DNA of 64,000 bases, from assembly GCA_009859145.1 (NCBI GenBank), contig VRVR01000019.1:133290-197289 (forward strand), written 5' to 3'. The translations under genes were made by a program, and so were the position numbers. This stretch comes from Andalucia godoyi And28 (Eukaryota > Protista > Jakobida). Numbering within the stretch: the first letter of the stretch is position 1; every line of letters begins with the position of its first letter. Shown here piece by piece: positions 32,989 through 44,900 of the stretch. Under the pieces are notes generated by a model. The model saw only the letters and a list, made by a program, of their open reading frames with translations. It was not told where the DNA came from and did not search any database.

Positions 32989-33366
32989 TGTGCACTGTGA
33001 AGAAACACCAATAATCTATATAAAAAGAATAAGAGTATCGATCCAACAAGCCCAATAATGATCACGAAACCAAGACATAAGCAAGAAAGGAAAAGTAAAA
33101 ACAACGCGAAACGAGAAAATGGGAAATCTGGCCTTTCAAATTTCGCTCTTCTGCTCTTTTCGCATGCCTTTTCCTCTTGCTTTATTACAGTCGATTTTTC
33201 CAGTTCAAGATAAAAAAGGCTGACCAAAGGACCTTCACTTTATGGTTCATACGTGGTGAGCTCCAGTCAACTATTTACATGTATATATATTCTGTTTTCT
33301 GCGGTTTCGGTACGTTGTAAATATTGGGAAGAGAGAGGAGAGAGAGGAGAGAGAGGAGAGAGAGAA

Positions 33367-34491
33367 ATGTCGTCGTCTTCTGGGAAAAAACATCAACCGG
33401 TCGTGTGTCTTGTGATTGGGATGGCTGGATCCGGGAAATCGACGCTGATGCAGCGTTTGTGTGCACACACGTTTTCAATGTCGAAGCGAGATCCATCGAG
33501 TCATGGACAACCGTATATAGTGAATCTTGATCCAGCGGTTCATGGAGGCCTTCGGTTTCCGGCGCACATTGACATTCGCCAAAGCATTGATTACAAATCA
33601 GTGATGAAACAGTATGAGCTAGGACCGAATGGAGCCATTATGACGTGTCTCAACTTGTTTGGAACAAAGATGCATGAGCTCATGCAGCTTTTGGAGACAA
33701 AGGTGGACAAGGACCCGCTTTTGGAATATGTGTGGGTGGATACTCCCGGGCAAATCGAGGTGTTTACTTGGAGTGCGTCTGGATCGCTTATTACACAGTG
33801 CTTTGCAACCGCACTCCCCACGGTTCTGCTGTATGTCGTGGATGCAGAACGTTCGCGCAGTTCGCCAAACACTTTTATGAGTAACATGCTCTATGCCTGC
33901 AGTATCATGTACAAGACCCAGCTTCCAATGCTGGTTGTGTTCAACAAGAGTGATCTTGTCTCGGATCCCGAGATCTTGCATTCATGGATGACGGACCCAA
34001 GCGAGCTGCAGAGTGCATTGCAGGTTTCAAGAGAGTCGCAGTCCTCGTATTATTCGGATCTCTCGTATTCTCTCTCGCTGGTTTTGGATTCGTTTTACGA
34101 AAACATACGGTCGTGTGCTGTATCAGCCGTGACGGGAGCCGGAGTCGATACACTGTTGGAAAACATCGAATTGTGCAAGCAGGAGTTCAATGCAAACTAC
34201 AAGGAATCGCTCAAGCTTCAAAGCGCAGAGCACATGAAGAGGCTCGAGGCAGACTTGGCCAAGTCGACAATCGATGATGCTGGTGGTGCCGGCTCTTATG
34301 GAGGCCCTCTTCTTGCACAGAGCATTCCTCTCAAAGCCAAGAACAACGCGTTTTATGCCGACAACGACGACGACGATGACAATGATGACGACGGGCTAGC
34401 TGGCGGTGACGCAGACATGAACAATGAACCAGAGGAAGAGCTGGATGATGATTTGCCCGACGACCCTCGATTGCGGAGAGCTGGCATCTGA
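33367..34491 (+). CDS. GPN1: GPN-loop GTPase 1 (XAB1/Npa3)
   Basis: GMAGSGKST P-loop, NLDPA, LGPNGAIMTCLNLF, DTPGQIEVFTWSASG, FMSNMLYACSI, NKSD; acidic tail. Start taken at ATG 33367 (MSSSSG). Confidence 0.96.
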   Translation: MSSSSGKKHQPVVCLVIGMAGSGKSTLMQRLCAHTFSMSKRDPSSHGQPYIVNLDPAVHGGLRFPAHIDIRQSIDYKSVMKQYELGPNGAIMTCLNLFGTKMHELMQLLETKVDKDPLLEYVWVDTPGQIEVFTWSASGSLITQCFATALPTVLLYVVDAERSRSSPNTFMSNMLYACSIMYKTQLPMLVVFNKSDLVSDPEILHSWMTDPSELQSALQVSRESQSSYYSDLSYSLSLVLDSFYENIRSCAVSAVTGAGVDTLLENIELCKQEFNANYKESLKLQSAEHMKRLEADLAKSTIDDAGGAGSYGGPLLAQSIPLKAKNNAFYADNDDDDDNDDDGLAGGDADMNNEPEEELDDDLPDDPRLRRAGI

Positions 34492-34756
34492 GTGCCCAAT
34501 CCCCCTTCTTTACCGTCTAAATGGATGTGAATTGTTGCGACGAAGTGCTGTGGATAAAATGCGACAAGGCCAACAGGCATCAGACGCCGTGGTTGTAGGG
34601 GGTGTTCGCACCATTCAGGATGATGGATTCAGCAAACAAAAAGCCGCGGGATTGCATTGAATGTGCATATGTTTGGGGAGGAAAAGAAAGCGCATGGCGA
34701 CCGACTTATTGTACATTAAATGTTAACGTTGTTGTTTCGTTTCTACAATAACCCAC

Positions 34757-37700
34757 CTAGTTGAACAAAGGGGCTGGATCATGTTGCGGAGGCGTCGGGA
34801 GAATTGGAACGTCTTCGCTCATTTGCCGAGCATGTCGAGCGCCGCGGCGTGCGCCACGATTGTCAACCGTCGAAGCGACAAGCGGAAGGGCGTCACTGTT
34901 GCTCGCTTCCACAAAATCCACTGTGATTGACAATCGAGGAGAAACTACTGCCTGGGTCGCGGAGGCAGAATCAATGTTGTCGGTAGACGTGGAGGATGGA
35001 AATGAACCGCTCGACGTAGTTCGTCCACCCATTGACGAACCCAAAATATTCATCGAAACAAGAGACGCAGCCGAGGACTTGTCAGAATGCGCGTGAACGG
35101 AGACGTATGCATCCAACAAAGAGAGGCCCTCATCATCGAACAGCGCTAGCTCGAACATTTCGTGAATAAACCGTCTGGCATTCAGCCTGAACCGAAAACG
35201 CTCCATCAGGACCATCGCATGTGCAGCAAGGATAGGGTCCAGGAACAAATCGCTATTTTCGGTTCGCAATTTTCGAATCGCTTTGGAGGATACCTCTTGG
35301 ATAACGGGGTTACTCAATCCGCAAATATGGCGTATGATTTCAACGTATATATTCGGATCGACGGAGCATTTGGAAAATGCTTCGACATCACCATCATTCT
35401 CAACATCCAATGCGTCTTCTCGGTTAGCGACATCAAGAACGGGCTCCTTCGAGTACAGCTCGGAGACGTGCGTCGCAGACCCTTGAAACGACGGCTTTCG
35501 CTCGACGGTGAAGAAATTGGTCAAATCGCGAGGCAGGGCAACTTTCAGGGAACATTCCCAACCCAGACGCTCGACAAGTGCTCTTCCACCAGGAGAAACA
35601 GAAAAAAGCGATATTATGTAGCAGCAGGTTCCACGAACAGACAAAGAAGGGTGATTGAAAGCCATGTCAGAGACGTGGCGGAGAAAGTGTGGCTCCTTTG
35701 CCAGAAGCAGACTCAGACCATACTCGGATGCACCAATCCAACCGGTTGCCCACAAGGCTGCGGTCTGCTTGGGGCACTGGGTAAGAGCACTCTCAATCAT
35801 CCTGTCCAAGACACCAGAAGCGTTCAAGAGAAACGCGCATCCTTCCTCTGTCCTGCAGAGTTCACCGAAGAAATGAAGTGGCAACACAATGGAGCTCTCT
35901 GTGTGCTTGAAAACGGATCTGCCCTTCTTGGACAGCGAAGACAAGAGCGACGAATCACCGCGTAGCTCAAATGCCTCCTCCAGAGATCGTTCGACCACAT
36001 CAACGTAAACGTCGCATTCAGTCGCCAACCACGTGTCCATCTGTCGTTGCAGCCATCCGTCGGCCATCGCGATTGCCAAACCATCTGATCTTGCGAGAAA
36101 CCTGAGGAGCAGTGAACAACCAGGAACATCCATCAGAGCAGTTCTGGGCGGATGCATAATGAGAGCGTCCAAATGGCTATCCGACGCCATCATTGCATCT
36201 TCCAGAATCGCTCGGGCGGTCCGCACTATCTCCTCCCAAGGATCCTCCAACATTGCTTTTAATAATCCAATGCCCCACTCCGAAAAATTCGGCATTTTGT
36301 TATTCAACATTGTTCGCAGGTGCATCGCCGCGACGAATCGGATCTTATTTGACCCAGACATGGCGGCTGTCGTCAGCAAATTCCGCGCGTATTGGTTGTA
36401 GGTTTCGTCGACCAACGAGTAGTCAAAATGCTTCATGACCAACTGCGCTAGATCATCTCGATTCAATTTGGAATCGACTAGTCGATACAAAACAGGAAAC
36501 GCATCCAGTTCTACAAGCAAGAGAATACCCCGAGGATGCGAGGACAGCTCCCCAAGAAGTGCGAAGAAGTCTCGACTCATCTTGATCCCGACAACCTGCG
36601 ACGCAAAGGGCCTGAACTCAAACTGCACGCCATTTCGTCCTGCAGAGGACGAAGGCGTCGGCGGGCCGCTAAACGCTCCGCTGGGCGGAGGAGCAGTCGA
36701 GCTGTTTAGCTCATCGCGCAAGTACTTGACAATCTGATTCACAAGTCCAGATGCAGCCAAAAACTTGATGAAACGATCAGTGCTGCACAAACGGCGAATG
36801 AGTATTCGACCAACCCGCGTGTACTTCTCTTCCAGGTTTGACAAGTATGGCTCGTCAACAAACAAATGCTTGTCTGGTTTGAAAAACGAGGTAATACGCT
36901 TCACAAATTTGGACTTTTCCATAGCGTCCTTCATCTTATCGGGGTTGGAAAAAGGACCCTCCAGCAATGTGTAAATGAGAGAAAAGTTCCATTTCTGGAA
37001 ATCCTTGAACAAATTCACTCCAGTGTCCTTCATCATTGCGACGGTATCGATCAGTGCTGTTTCCTTGGAAATTCGATACTCATCAATGTGGCGAGCGAGA
37101 ATGCTCTTCCGAGCTCGGTCAATATTGACCTGATGCATGATAGAGCCATGCAACGCTTCCACCCCTCGAGATTGCAGATACGTATCCCAGGAATCGTGTA
37201 ATTGCAGACATCGTTTTGCAGAAAGTGTCGTTTCCGACAACGCAAGCACGAGAATCAGCAAGCGTGATGACTTTTCAGACATCGGGGACTCCCGCATGAG
37301 CGCATCCACCACGCCGGTATGGTAGTATCCAGAAAGCACAAACGAAAGAAAAATATCGACAAGATCCACACGATATGCTTCGCTTGCTGCAGCCCATCGC
37401 GACCAAGCTTGCTTCTGATCCTGCTTTCCATCTCGAAGGACACTCTTTCCAACAATTGTGGACTGCCTTCGAGAGCGATTCTGCGGCGACGCAACGGGAA
37501 ATGAAGCGTGCTTACTACTGCTGCTTGCCGTCAGTGCTGCAGCAGAACTGGCAACGCGCTCGTGTCCTGCTCCTCCTCCTTTAGGAGACATTGGGGTTGA
37601 CGAAGAGGAGTACGAGGTACTGTTGAAGAGCGAGATCCAATCCGCAGCTGAGCCAAGTGCGTCTGCGTACTCTTCCGGATTCAAAAAATTGGACACCTTG

Positions 37701-38593
37701 TTGGGAGCGATGGATCTGAGAATCTCGTACAACATGTCCACAATGGCCTGCTTTCGAATGACGGACCCATTCTGGCGGAGAACGTATACAACCGACCTAA
37801 GTTCTGCACACAGTGCAATTGTGCCCGCCCATGTGCGAAAAAGCATGCAAATCGCTCGAATGGCAAGCGCAAACCGTCTCTTTCCGTCGTCGTCGTCCAA
37901 AGACAACTCCAAATCCGTGAACGGCAAGAAGAGCAGCTTGAGATCCAGATACGGTCGAATGAACAGTCGATGAGATTCTGCATCCAGTACATACGCCAGA
38001 GCCCTGATGACGGAGACAGACATGTCTGCAAATAACGGGTCGATCGAAATCTGCACTAGCGTGCGAATACCGTTCGCTCTTGCAACTGCACGAGGATTCA
38101 CAATCAGCAAATCGCGCAAGATTTCCGCAGCTCGTCTTCGCATGCCATCATCTATAAATTCAACAATTGACACAAGAGTATGAACACATATCCGTGGGAG
38201 AGACTTTCCGTGGAGCCAAACAGCGTGTGCAATGAACTTCAGCGCTTGCAGCCGCTCTTTGGACAGTTTCTTATCTCGTTCTGCAGATCTGCACACGAAA
38301 AACTGACACTGGTGTCTCCAACACTCCACAAGAAACTCAGGAGTAACTGCGAATCCTCGGATGGTCTTGAGCGACGCAATCCTCACGAATCGATTGAAGT
38401 CGCAGAGACCCTTTCGTATTAGACGAATCAGATCCTGCTGCGGAAGTTTTGCATAGAACGCTTGCGAACCAAGTTCCCGATAGAGCTCCACGAGTTTGGG
38501 AAGCATTCCCACTTTGGCATCATCCGACGCATTAGGACGCTGCAGTTCCTCGAGCAGTACTTCCAAATGCTCTTCATGAACCGACGTTGCCAT
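34757..38593 (-). CDS. RICTOR: RICTOR/Avo3, TORC2 subunit
   Basis: ERLQALKFI, NGIRTL, KFVKRITSFFKP...F, IRFVAAMHL, WGIGLL..L.D, PLHFFGELCRTEEGC..L, ALWATGWIG.S..G..LL, SVRGTC.Y...L, LGWE. First ATG at 38593; the ORF-track start at 38599 is GTG. Confidence 0.92.
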   Translation of the reverse strand: MATSVHEEHLEVLLEELQRPNASDDAKVGMLPKLVELYRELGSQAFYAKLPQQDLIRLIRKGLCDFNRFVRIASLKTIRGFAVTPEFLVECWRHQCQFFVCRSAERDKKLSKERLQALKFIAHAVWLHGKSLPRICVHTLVSIVEFIDDGMRRRAAEILRDLLIVNPRAVARANGIRTLVQISIDPLFADMSVSVIRALAYVLDAESHRLFIRPYLDLKLLFLPFTDLELSLDDDDGKRRFALAIRAICMLFRTWAGTIALCAELRSVVYVLRQNGSVIRKQAIVDMLYEILRSIAPNKVSNFLNPEEYADALGSAADWISLFNSTSYSSSSTPMSPKGGGAGHERVASSAAALTASSSSKHASFPVASPQNRSRRQSTIVGKSVLRDGKQDQKQAWSRWAAASEAYRVDLVDIFLSFVLSGYYHTGVVDALMRESPMSEKSSRLLILVLALSETTLSAKRCLQLHDSWDTYLQSRGVEALHGSIMHQVNIDRARKSILARHIDEYRISKETALIDTVAMMKDTGVNLFKDFQKWNFSLIYTLLEGPFSNPDKMKDAMEKSKFVKRITSFFKPDKHLFVDEPYLSNLEEKYTRVGRILIRRLCSTDRFIKFLAASGLVNQIVKYLRDELNSSTAPPPSGAFSGPPTPSSSAGRNGVQFEFRPFASQVVGIKMSRDFFALLGELSSHPRGILLLVELDAFPVLYRLVDSKLNRDDLAQLVMKHFDYSLVDETYNQYARNLLTTAAMSGSNKIRFVAAMHLRTMLNNKMPNFSEWGIGLLKAMLEDPWEEIVRTARAILEDAMMASDSHLDALIMHPPRTALMDVPGCSLLLRFLARSDGLAIAMADGWLQRQMDTWLATECDVYVDVVERSLEEAFELRGDSSLLSSLSKKGRSVFKHTESSIVLPLHFFGELCRTEEGCAFLLNASGVLDRMIESALTQCPKQTAALWATGWIGASEYGLSLLLAKEPHFLRHVSDMAFNHPSLSVRGTCCYIISLFSVSPGGRALVERLGWECSLKVALPRDLTNFFTVERKPSFQGSATHVSELYSKEPVLDVANREDALDVENDGDVEAFSKCSVDPNIYVEIIRHICGLSNPVIQEVSSKAIRKLRTENSDLFLDPILAAHAMVLMERFRFRLNARRFIHEMFELALFDDEGLSLLDAYVSVHAHSDKSSAASLVSMNILGSSMGGRTTSSGSFPSSTSTDNIDSASATQAVVSPRLSITVDFVEASNSDALPLVASTVDNRGARRGARHARQMSEDVPILPTPPQHDPAPLFN

Positions 38594-38780
38594 TCGCACT
38601 CTCTCCCTCCTGCGTGCCTGCCTACCTGCCTATCCGTCCGTCGGTTTTGGTAAGCCCAACAAAAACTGCACAAACTACACAAACAGCAACAAAGTCCGTT
38701 CAGCTCGGTCAACAAGTCAATTCGTACGCGCTGTATTCACTCTATGTGTGAAGAAGCCTCTCGAAGCCAACAGATTACGT

Positions 38781-38853
38781 ATGGATGGATGAACGGATGG
38801 ATGAACGGATGGATGAACGGATGGATGAACGGATGGATGAACGGATGGATGAG
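38781..38853 (+). repeat. 12-bp minisatellite (GGATGGATGAAC) x ~5-6
   Basis: Directly visible tandem array with no spacers. Confidence 0.95.
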
Positions 38854-39151
38854 GATGGGTCTATACTGCTCAAAAAATGGTGTCGGTGTCCCTGTTTCGG
38901 AAACGTGGTGCAGCTATTCCAAGGATAAAAAGTCTCCAGAGCTCACAACGTACGTCCCGTGAAACGGTGGGGGGGAAAGAGGGGGAAAAAAATAATACAA
39001 GGAAATGCTGCTTCTCGATTTGCTTCCGCCAATCGGCATTCGATCGAAAAAACGCCGACTGTTACGTGATGAAGCGGTACAGCAGATGATGGAGCTGTTC
39101 GCGAGTCGTCTCTTCTCTGCAAAAAATTATGATAAATAAATAAATAAAACA

Positions 39152-39185
<34 letters not shown>

Positions 39186-39241
39186 TGAAAAGAAAAAAAG
39201 AAAAAGGTAGAAGCTGTCTTCTGATCTTCATGTTATCCGTC

Positions 39242-41077
39242 CTACTGGGCAAGGCCCAAGTCGCGGGCGACCATCTTGGAACAGATCGCATGATACGCAT
39301 TACGCATACGAGCAAACAAGGTCAAAGCACGTTCGTTGCCCTCTGGCCCGGCCTGCACCAACGACCGGAAAAGCGGACGTACAAACTTCATGCGGCCAAA
39401 CTCTTGAAGGAATTTCTCCACCAGCGGAAAGACAGACACGTCGCCAGACTTCAGACAGACCTGATAAAATGCAAAGCGAATCTCTGCATTTCGGGTGTCA
39501 TTGATGCGGTACGCAGTCTCCATTTCACGCAACACAGCATGGTCGACAGGACATGCATGCTGCAACATGAATTCAAAATAGTAGATGCGCTGTTTTGGAG
39601 TCCACGAGAAGTAGGAAGCATCGACTTTCTTGGACAGGGCCGAGGCTTCGCAGACGTCTGCCAATGACCGGTCGATCTTCGGCATCAGCTTCGGCATGCC
39701 AGGAGAATACAACAAGTCGTCCCAATCGATCTTCGCCAAAACGTCTTGCCGATTCTGCTTCGTAAAGTAGCTGATGAAGTGGTTCTTGAAATCATCCGAG
39801 TCGATTGCCTTGTGCGCAAACGTGCGGAAGTAAGATCGATAGTACTCGTCCATGACAGGATCGTCGTCGACCATCTGCTCAACAGCGAGAAGGAACAAAG
39901 ACCCCTTTTCGTACGGCACAGAACTGAAAGCGTCGTCGGGATCGTCCTCAGTGGTGATGGGCGGGACTAGCTGCGTGAACGGGTGGTCGTGTCCGTAGCG
40001 GTCGACATCAGCTTTCAGCGCATTGTACCCAATAAGGACTTCAAGATGTCGCGCCGCCTGTCCTTCTCTCCTTCCGAGAACCTTGCGTTCCAAAACGACA
40101 TCATTCGACTCGTTGAGCCAGAAATGTGCCCACGACTTGGACGTAACCAGATTTCCAGACCAGGCATGAAGGACTTCATGAAGGAGGACATTCATAAGCG
40201 ACTTGTCTCCAGCCAGAATAGAGGGAGTACAGAACGTCAGCGTACCTTCCATGCCGCCGTACGGGAATGAGAACGGCATACTGAGCGCGTCCTGGCGACC
40301 GAATGCGTACGGAATGAGGCATTCTTCTGCAGACGAGACGAACACTTCCAAATCCGAATACTCGCTCTGGCACAAATCGGCAACCTCTGGCTCACTCCAG
40401 ACTCCACAGCGATGGGAGATCGGGCGGAACTCCAAGTTGCCACACGCTAGCGCAATCAAATACGAAGGAATCGATGTGTTTTGCTCGTATTCGAACAGAG
40501 TTTCGTCGTCTGAAACCGGATTGGTGCTCTTCAGGACTCCGGAGACGACAACTTTGAGAGGATTCTTGCACCGAACAGCAGCAGAATAAGTGATTTTCAC
40601 GGCGGGCGTGTCCTGGCAGGGAAGCAGAGAACGGGCATGGATGGCCTGGCACTGCGTAAACATGAACGGATGTTTTCCTCCGGTAGTTTGCACAGGAGCA
40701 AGCCACGAGATTGCAGAGCTCTGAGGAGTCGTCGTGTACTCGACAGTCAATGAAAACGCAGCAGCGTCGAACCCATCCGGAAGCCGGACCGTCAGCTTAG
40801 AGCCCTTGGCGCGATGCTCATCCGCAAATGAAAACTCGCATTCTTGACCTGTTGCATCCAGTAGAGTGGAGGCGACGCTGACTTTGGATACTGCCAAGTA
40901 ACGAGTATCGAGGGTTACGATCGCCGCGGTAACATCGGCGGCAGTGCGGACCATGTCCAGCCGAACTGAGCCTGCAAGCTCAGACCGAGCAAAGTCGACA
41001 AACAGCGAAAGGTGCACGTGCTTCGTCACATATACATCAATGTTTGCATACGATGAAGGATCAGTGAACGCAGGCAT
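39242..41077 (-). CDS. LTA4H: Leukotriene A4 hydrolase-type M1 zinc aminopeptidase
   Basis: DPSSYAN, FMFTQCQAIHARSLLPCQDTP, PSYLIALACG, FPYGGME, HEVLH(18x)E (HEXXH...E), AFSSVPYEKG, GRMKFVRPL. First ATG at 41077; 41083 is GTG. Confidence 0.95.
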   Translation of the reverse strand: MPAFTDPSSYANIDVYVTKHVHLSLFVDFARSELAGSVRLDMVRTAADVTAAIVTLDTRYLAVSKVSVASTLLDATGQECEFSFADEHRAKGSKLTVRLPDGFDAAAFSLTVEYTTTPQSSAISWLAPVQTTGGKHPFMFTQCQAIHARSLLPCQDTPAVKITYSAAVRCKNPLKVVVSGVLKSTNPVSDDETLFEYEQNTSIPSYLIALACGNLEFRPISHRCGVWSEPEVADLCQSEYSDLEVFVSSAEECLIPYAFGRQDALSMPFSFPYGGMEGTLTFCTPSILAGDKSLMNVLLHEVLHAWSGNLVTSKSWAHFWLNESNDVVLERKVLGRREGQAARHLEVLIGYNALKADVDRYGHDHPFTQLVPPITTEDDPDDAFSSVPYEKGSLFLLAVEQMVDDDPVMDEYYRSYFRTFAHKAIDSDDFKNHFISYFTKQNRQDVLAKIDWDDLLYSPGMPKLMPKIDRSLADVCEASALSKKVDASYFSWTPKQRIYYFEFMLQHACPVDHAVLREMETAYRINDTRNAEIRFAFYQVCLKSGDVSVFPLVEKFLQEFGRMKFVRPLFRSLVQAGPEGNERALTLFARMRNAYHAICSKMVARDLGLAQ

Positions 41078-41148
41078 CTCCACCCCCTATTCTCTCCACG
41101 CTCTCTACCCCGTGCAGTGTGCCGTGCCGTGTGCAACAGAAGAACGCT

Positions 41149-41152
<4 letters not shown>

Positions 41153-41208
<56 letters not shown>
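41153..41208 (+). repeat. Compound (GA)n(CA)n microsatellite
   Basis: Directly visible in the LTA4H/FMC1 divergent spacer. A similar (CT)n(CA)n(CT)n array lies at ~54968-55021. Confidence 0.95.
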
Positions 41209-41211
<3 letters not shown>

Positions 41212-41390
41212 AACGCCCATTGGGACCTTTGAGAACTGCCCACCTGAGAAGCAAGCATCAGGCGGATCTAGCATCAAGGAAACTGAATGAAATCCCAAGG
41301 ATCCTTCCGTTTTTACCGAGTGGCGATCGATAAAAAGGCTGTTGCTTATCACACGTTCATGTTCCCACGGAGCTTCTCGGGTTTGATGCA

Positions 41391-41717
41391 ATGACGGCTG
41401 CATTATCATCGTATCGAAGGTTGCTGAGGACGCTGAAATCTCGGAGCAATGACTTTTCAAATTCCGTGCAATTGTTTACGAAACTGAAGGATATGTTTCG
41501 TACGCAACGGAACGCAGAGTCGATACGAGTGGTGGACCAGTACTTGAAACAGATGATCCATGTTGATGAGCATCGGGAGCTTCTGAAGAGGTCGGGATAC
41601 CTCCGAAGTGAAGACATCTCGGAGTTGGAGCGTGTGCGCGTCAATGCTGCTCGCGTTGGCCTTGGACTCCCTCATTTATATGGCGTGGATGGCGATGTCG
41701 CCACCACCAAGAGATGA
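41391..41717 (+). CDS. FMC1: FMC1-like LYR-motif mitochondrial ATP synthase assembly factor (108 aa)
   Basis: N-terminal LSSYRRLLRTL (LYR-like) and C-terminal EHRELLKRSGY...ERVRVNAARVGLGLP, resembling FMC1 (…A.LVGLKLP). Confidence 0.6.
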   Translation: MTAALSSYRRLLRTLKSRSNDFSNSVQLFTKLKDMFRTQRNAESIRVVDQYLKQMIHVDEHRELLKRSGYLRSEDISELERVRVNAARVGLGLPHLYGVDGDVATTKR

Positions 41718-41970
41718 ATCATCCCTGGACTCCTGGAACTACGTGTATAAAGCAAATAAAAAGAAGAAGAAGCAGAAGAAACCTTTGGGGAATTGTTGGT
41801 GTTGTACAACTCACTGGTTAGCGCAATAATGATACAATTTCGACAGATTGCAGTTTTTTTTTCTTTCCTGGCGGTTTCCCCTCTCCCTTGTGCTGCTGTT
41901 CTTATGGAAGCAGGATGCCTGGAAGATGGAAAAAGAGATGGAAACGGCAGCAACAGCAGCGACGCGAGAC

Positions 41971-44900
41971 TCAGCGGGCAGTGGATGGCGCGGACTGGCC
42001 ATCAATTTGTGCTCGGACAGTGGAGGTCCTGCTCAGGACGGCAGAGACTTGTCGCTGGAGATCTTCAAATGCTGCGAGCCGCTGCTTCTGTTTTTCAGCC
42101 AGAGCTTCACGACGCTTATCCGATGGTGCAGACGCAGTTGTCCCCGAAGTTCCGTTCTGGGGCTGGGAAAGACCGGTGTTGTTGGCGCCCACAGAAGCTC
42201 CGGTGGCATGACGCTCCGATAGCGGACGATCCGCCGACAACGACAGAGAGCCGGTCGACTTTACACGAGCAGACAGCGGCAACGCAGGAACGGGTGGCGC
42301 AGACGTTGTGGATGCACTGGAAGGATTGGCGGAAGTGGAAGGTTGCAAAATCGTCGATACCGGAACAGAGTTGTTTGTTGCCGAAGAAGAGACAGATCGG
42401 CCGCTGATCTTCTGCAACAATTTCTGCCGCTCCATAATCTGCTTGCGTATTCTGGAAGCCTCTGCTTCGAACCCTCCATCATTCCCGGAAGCTGCCGACA
42501 GAGTCACCGCCGGTGTCGTCGAATTCGCCGCGGACACCGGCGTTGGCGCACTCGAGAAGGAATATGAATTGGCGGAGGACTGTACAATGGAAATGGATGT
42601 TGCCGCATCGGCAGCGCCGTTGGAATGAGAATGCTGGGTCGGTGCGGGCTGTTGAGAAATGGGCACATTGTCTTGATTAGACGCGTACGACGATGCATAC
42701 GCAGCAGAAGAAGGGTTCGAGGTCGCCGAGTTCGCAGCAGGTCCCGAGGGAGCACTTGCGCGTGAGCGCGTTGATAAATGCGCTTCTGTCGGTGGCCCAG
42801 GATACCGCGCACTCATTTGGGAGGCGATTGTGGGAGCGGCGTACCCTGCAGTAGCTCGCGGTGAAACAATCGATGCAGGGGTCGGATTCGAAAGGGGCGT
42901 AACCAGGCCTGGACCCGCCACGCGACTCGATAAAGTGCCACGAGACGCCAGAGATGTATACGAACTGTGCGTACTTTGTGTCCCATATGTGCCCAAGTCC
43001 TTGGAGGATGGCATTCGAGCAGAGAGTGGTCGGGGTGCCGACGGTTTTTGATCAGCATACGCGGGAGAGGCTGACAGCGGACCAACGGATCCTCCCGCGC
43101 TGGAAGACGCTGTCCCGGCAGCTGAAATCGAAGTCAACGTCGAGGCACTAGGTACGGTGGATGCCCCTGTAGAGGGCGTAGCGGTGCCGGGAACTGGGGC
43201 AAGCGACGCAAGATTTAATTTTGGAACAACCGGAACGGCGCCTGCAGACGTTGACGACGTTTGACTGGCAGTGACTGGACGCTGAGTGGCAGACTGGACG
43301 GACGGTGGTGGCCGCGAGGGCACTTTCGGCGCTGTCTGCTGCGGTCGCACTGCTGTTTCGTGTTCTTGCTCGAATTCCGACGACAGTCTTCGAATCACCT
43401 GTTGATGCTGCTGCTGAAGAGACATTGGGGCTTGTTGAGGAGCTTGTGAGTGTGGCTGCTGCTGTTGCGTATTCCCCAGCGGACGCTTCACAAAAAGAAT
43501 CTGGTCTTGATTCAAGACGGACACTGCAGTCGTTGCGGCAGCTGCCGACTCCTTTTCCTTCCGTTCACGTCTTGCAGATTGCAAACGAGGAGATACCATT
43601 CGAGATGCGCTAGTATCTCTGGAGGGGGTGCTATCTTCCGAGGGAAGCCGAGGAGACGAACTTGCCGATGAATTACTCTTGTAGTGAGAGAGTTCCGATC
43701 GGAGCGCCACGAGTTCTTTTTCCAGAGTTTTCTGCTCGTGCTCTGCCATCAGTGCACGCTTCTGCATTTCAAGAATACGAGAGTGCATGTCAATGCGTTC
43801 CATTTTGAGTCGATGCAATTCCGATTCAAGGAGTTTCTGCTGATCAGGGCTTAGCATGATCCCCGACGCATCATTGCCGGATCCGTGCGAAATATTTGAC
43901 GCGTTCAACGCACCACTCATCTGAGGAGACGTCAGACGAGGAGTTGACATGGGAGAATGCCCGTCGGTCTGCATTCGGATTTTCGTCTTGAGCGTGTCAA
44001 CTTCGGTCCGTAGCGACTCGATGATTCTCTTGTATTCCGAAATATGCTGCTCGACCGAAACAGTGTTCCTGGTGATCTTGTGTCGAATGTTCTTGGCTCG
44101 ACTCGCGTACTTGAGCGTGTTGTGGGTCTCTTCATAATACAGAACGGAAGGAGAGACATTCGCAATCATTACGGTTCTCGTGTTTCCGCCCAAAGAGTCC
44201 TTTAGCAAACGCGTTAATTTCGAATCGCGATACGGAACGTAAGTACCGCCGTTATCGAGAATGTTAATACAATTGCCAAGAGCGAGTAGAGAGCGATTGA
44301 TGTTGGCACCTTCAACCATGCGAATGCCGCGATTATCTGATCTGGCCGCCCTCTCAGAGCCGGCAAGATCAATCAAATTCAATTTGCTCACTCGCAGCTC
44401 TTCAACTATGTTCCGTGAGCGATCTTTTTGCTCCACGGTCATCTGAAAGATGGCATGCGATCGAGAAGAGGCTACGTTTGCGCCCGTAGCTGCCATTGTC
44501 CGTTTCTTGGATCCTTCTTCAATGATCAACTGGACATCCTCTACATTCTTCACTTCGAATTCCGACAAATCTTGTACCACCATACCTTTGGATGGGTCCT
44601 CATGCAAGTCGAGATACTTCGGCCCTGCTGGATTCAAAAGATCCTTAATTTTCTCGTTGTAGATTTCAAGGAAAGACACGCGGACTCGATACTCGCGATC
44701 CGTGTCGGTTCGAATCCGCTGAAAGATATCATCCATGCAGAGCGCGTACATGCCCTTCACAGATCCGTCCATTCTCCCCATCATTGTGTACGTCTTTCCC
44801 GCGCCCGTCATGCCGTATGCAAAACAGGTTGCATTATAGCCATCCAAAACGCCGTCGATGAGCGGTTTGGTCGTTTGACTGTACACATCATCGTTACTAG

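Noticed and set aside
31748-33058. 436-aa plus-strand ORF, and similar ones such as 5496-6218 and 46666-47103
   Set aside because: Antisense shadows of well-supported genes (NOP2, STRIP1, SNF4) with no recognisable motifs.
38781-38853. Possible CRISPR-like array
   Set aside because: Contiguous 12-bp tandem units without unique spacers in a eukaryotic locus; this is a minisatellite.
44707-44717. GGTTCGAATCC tRNA T-loop/B-box match
   Set aside because: Lies inside the kinesin coding region with no cloverleaf or A-box context.
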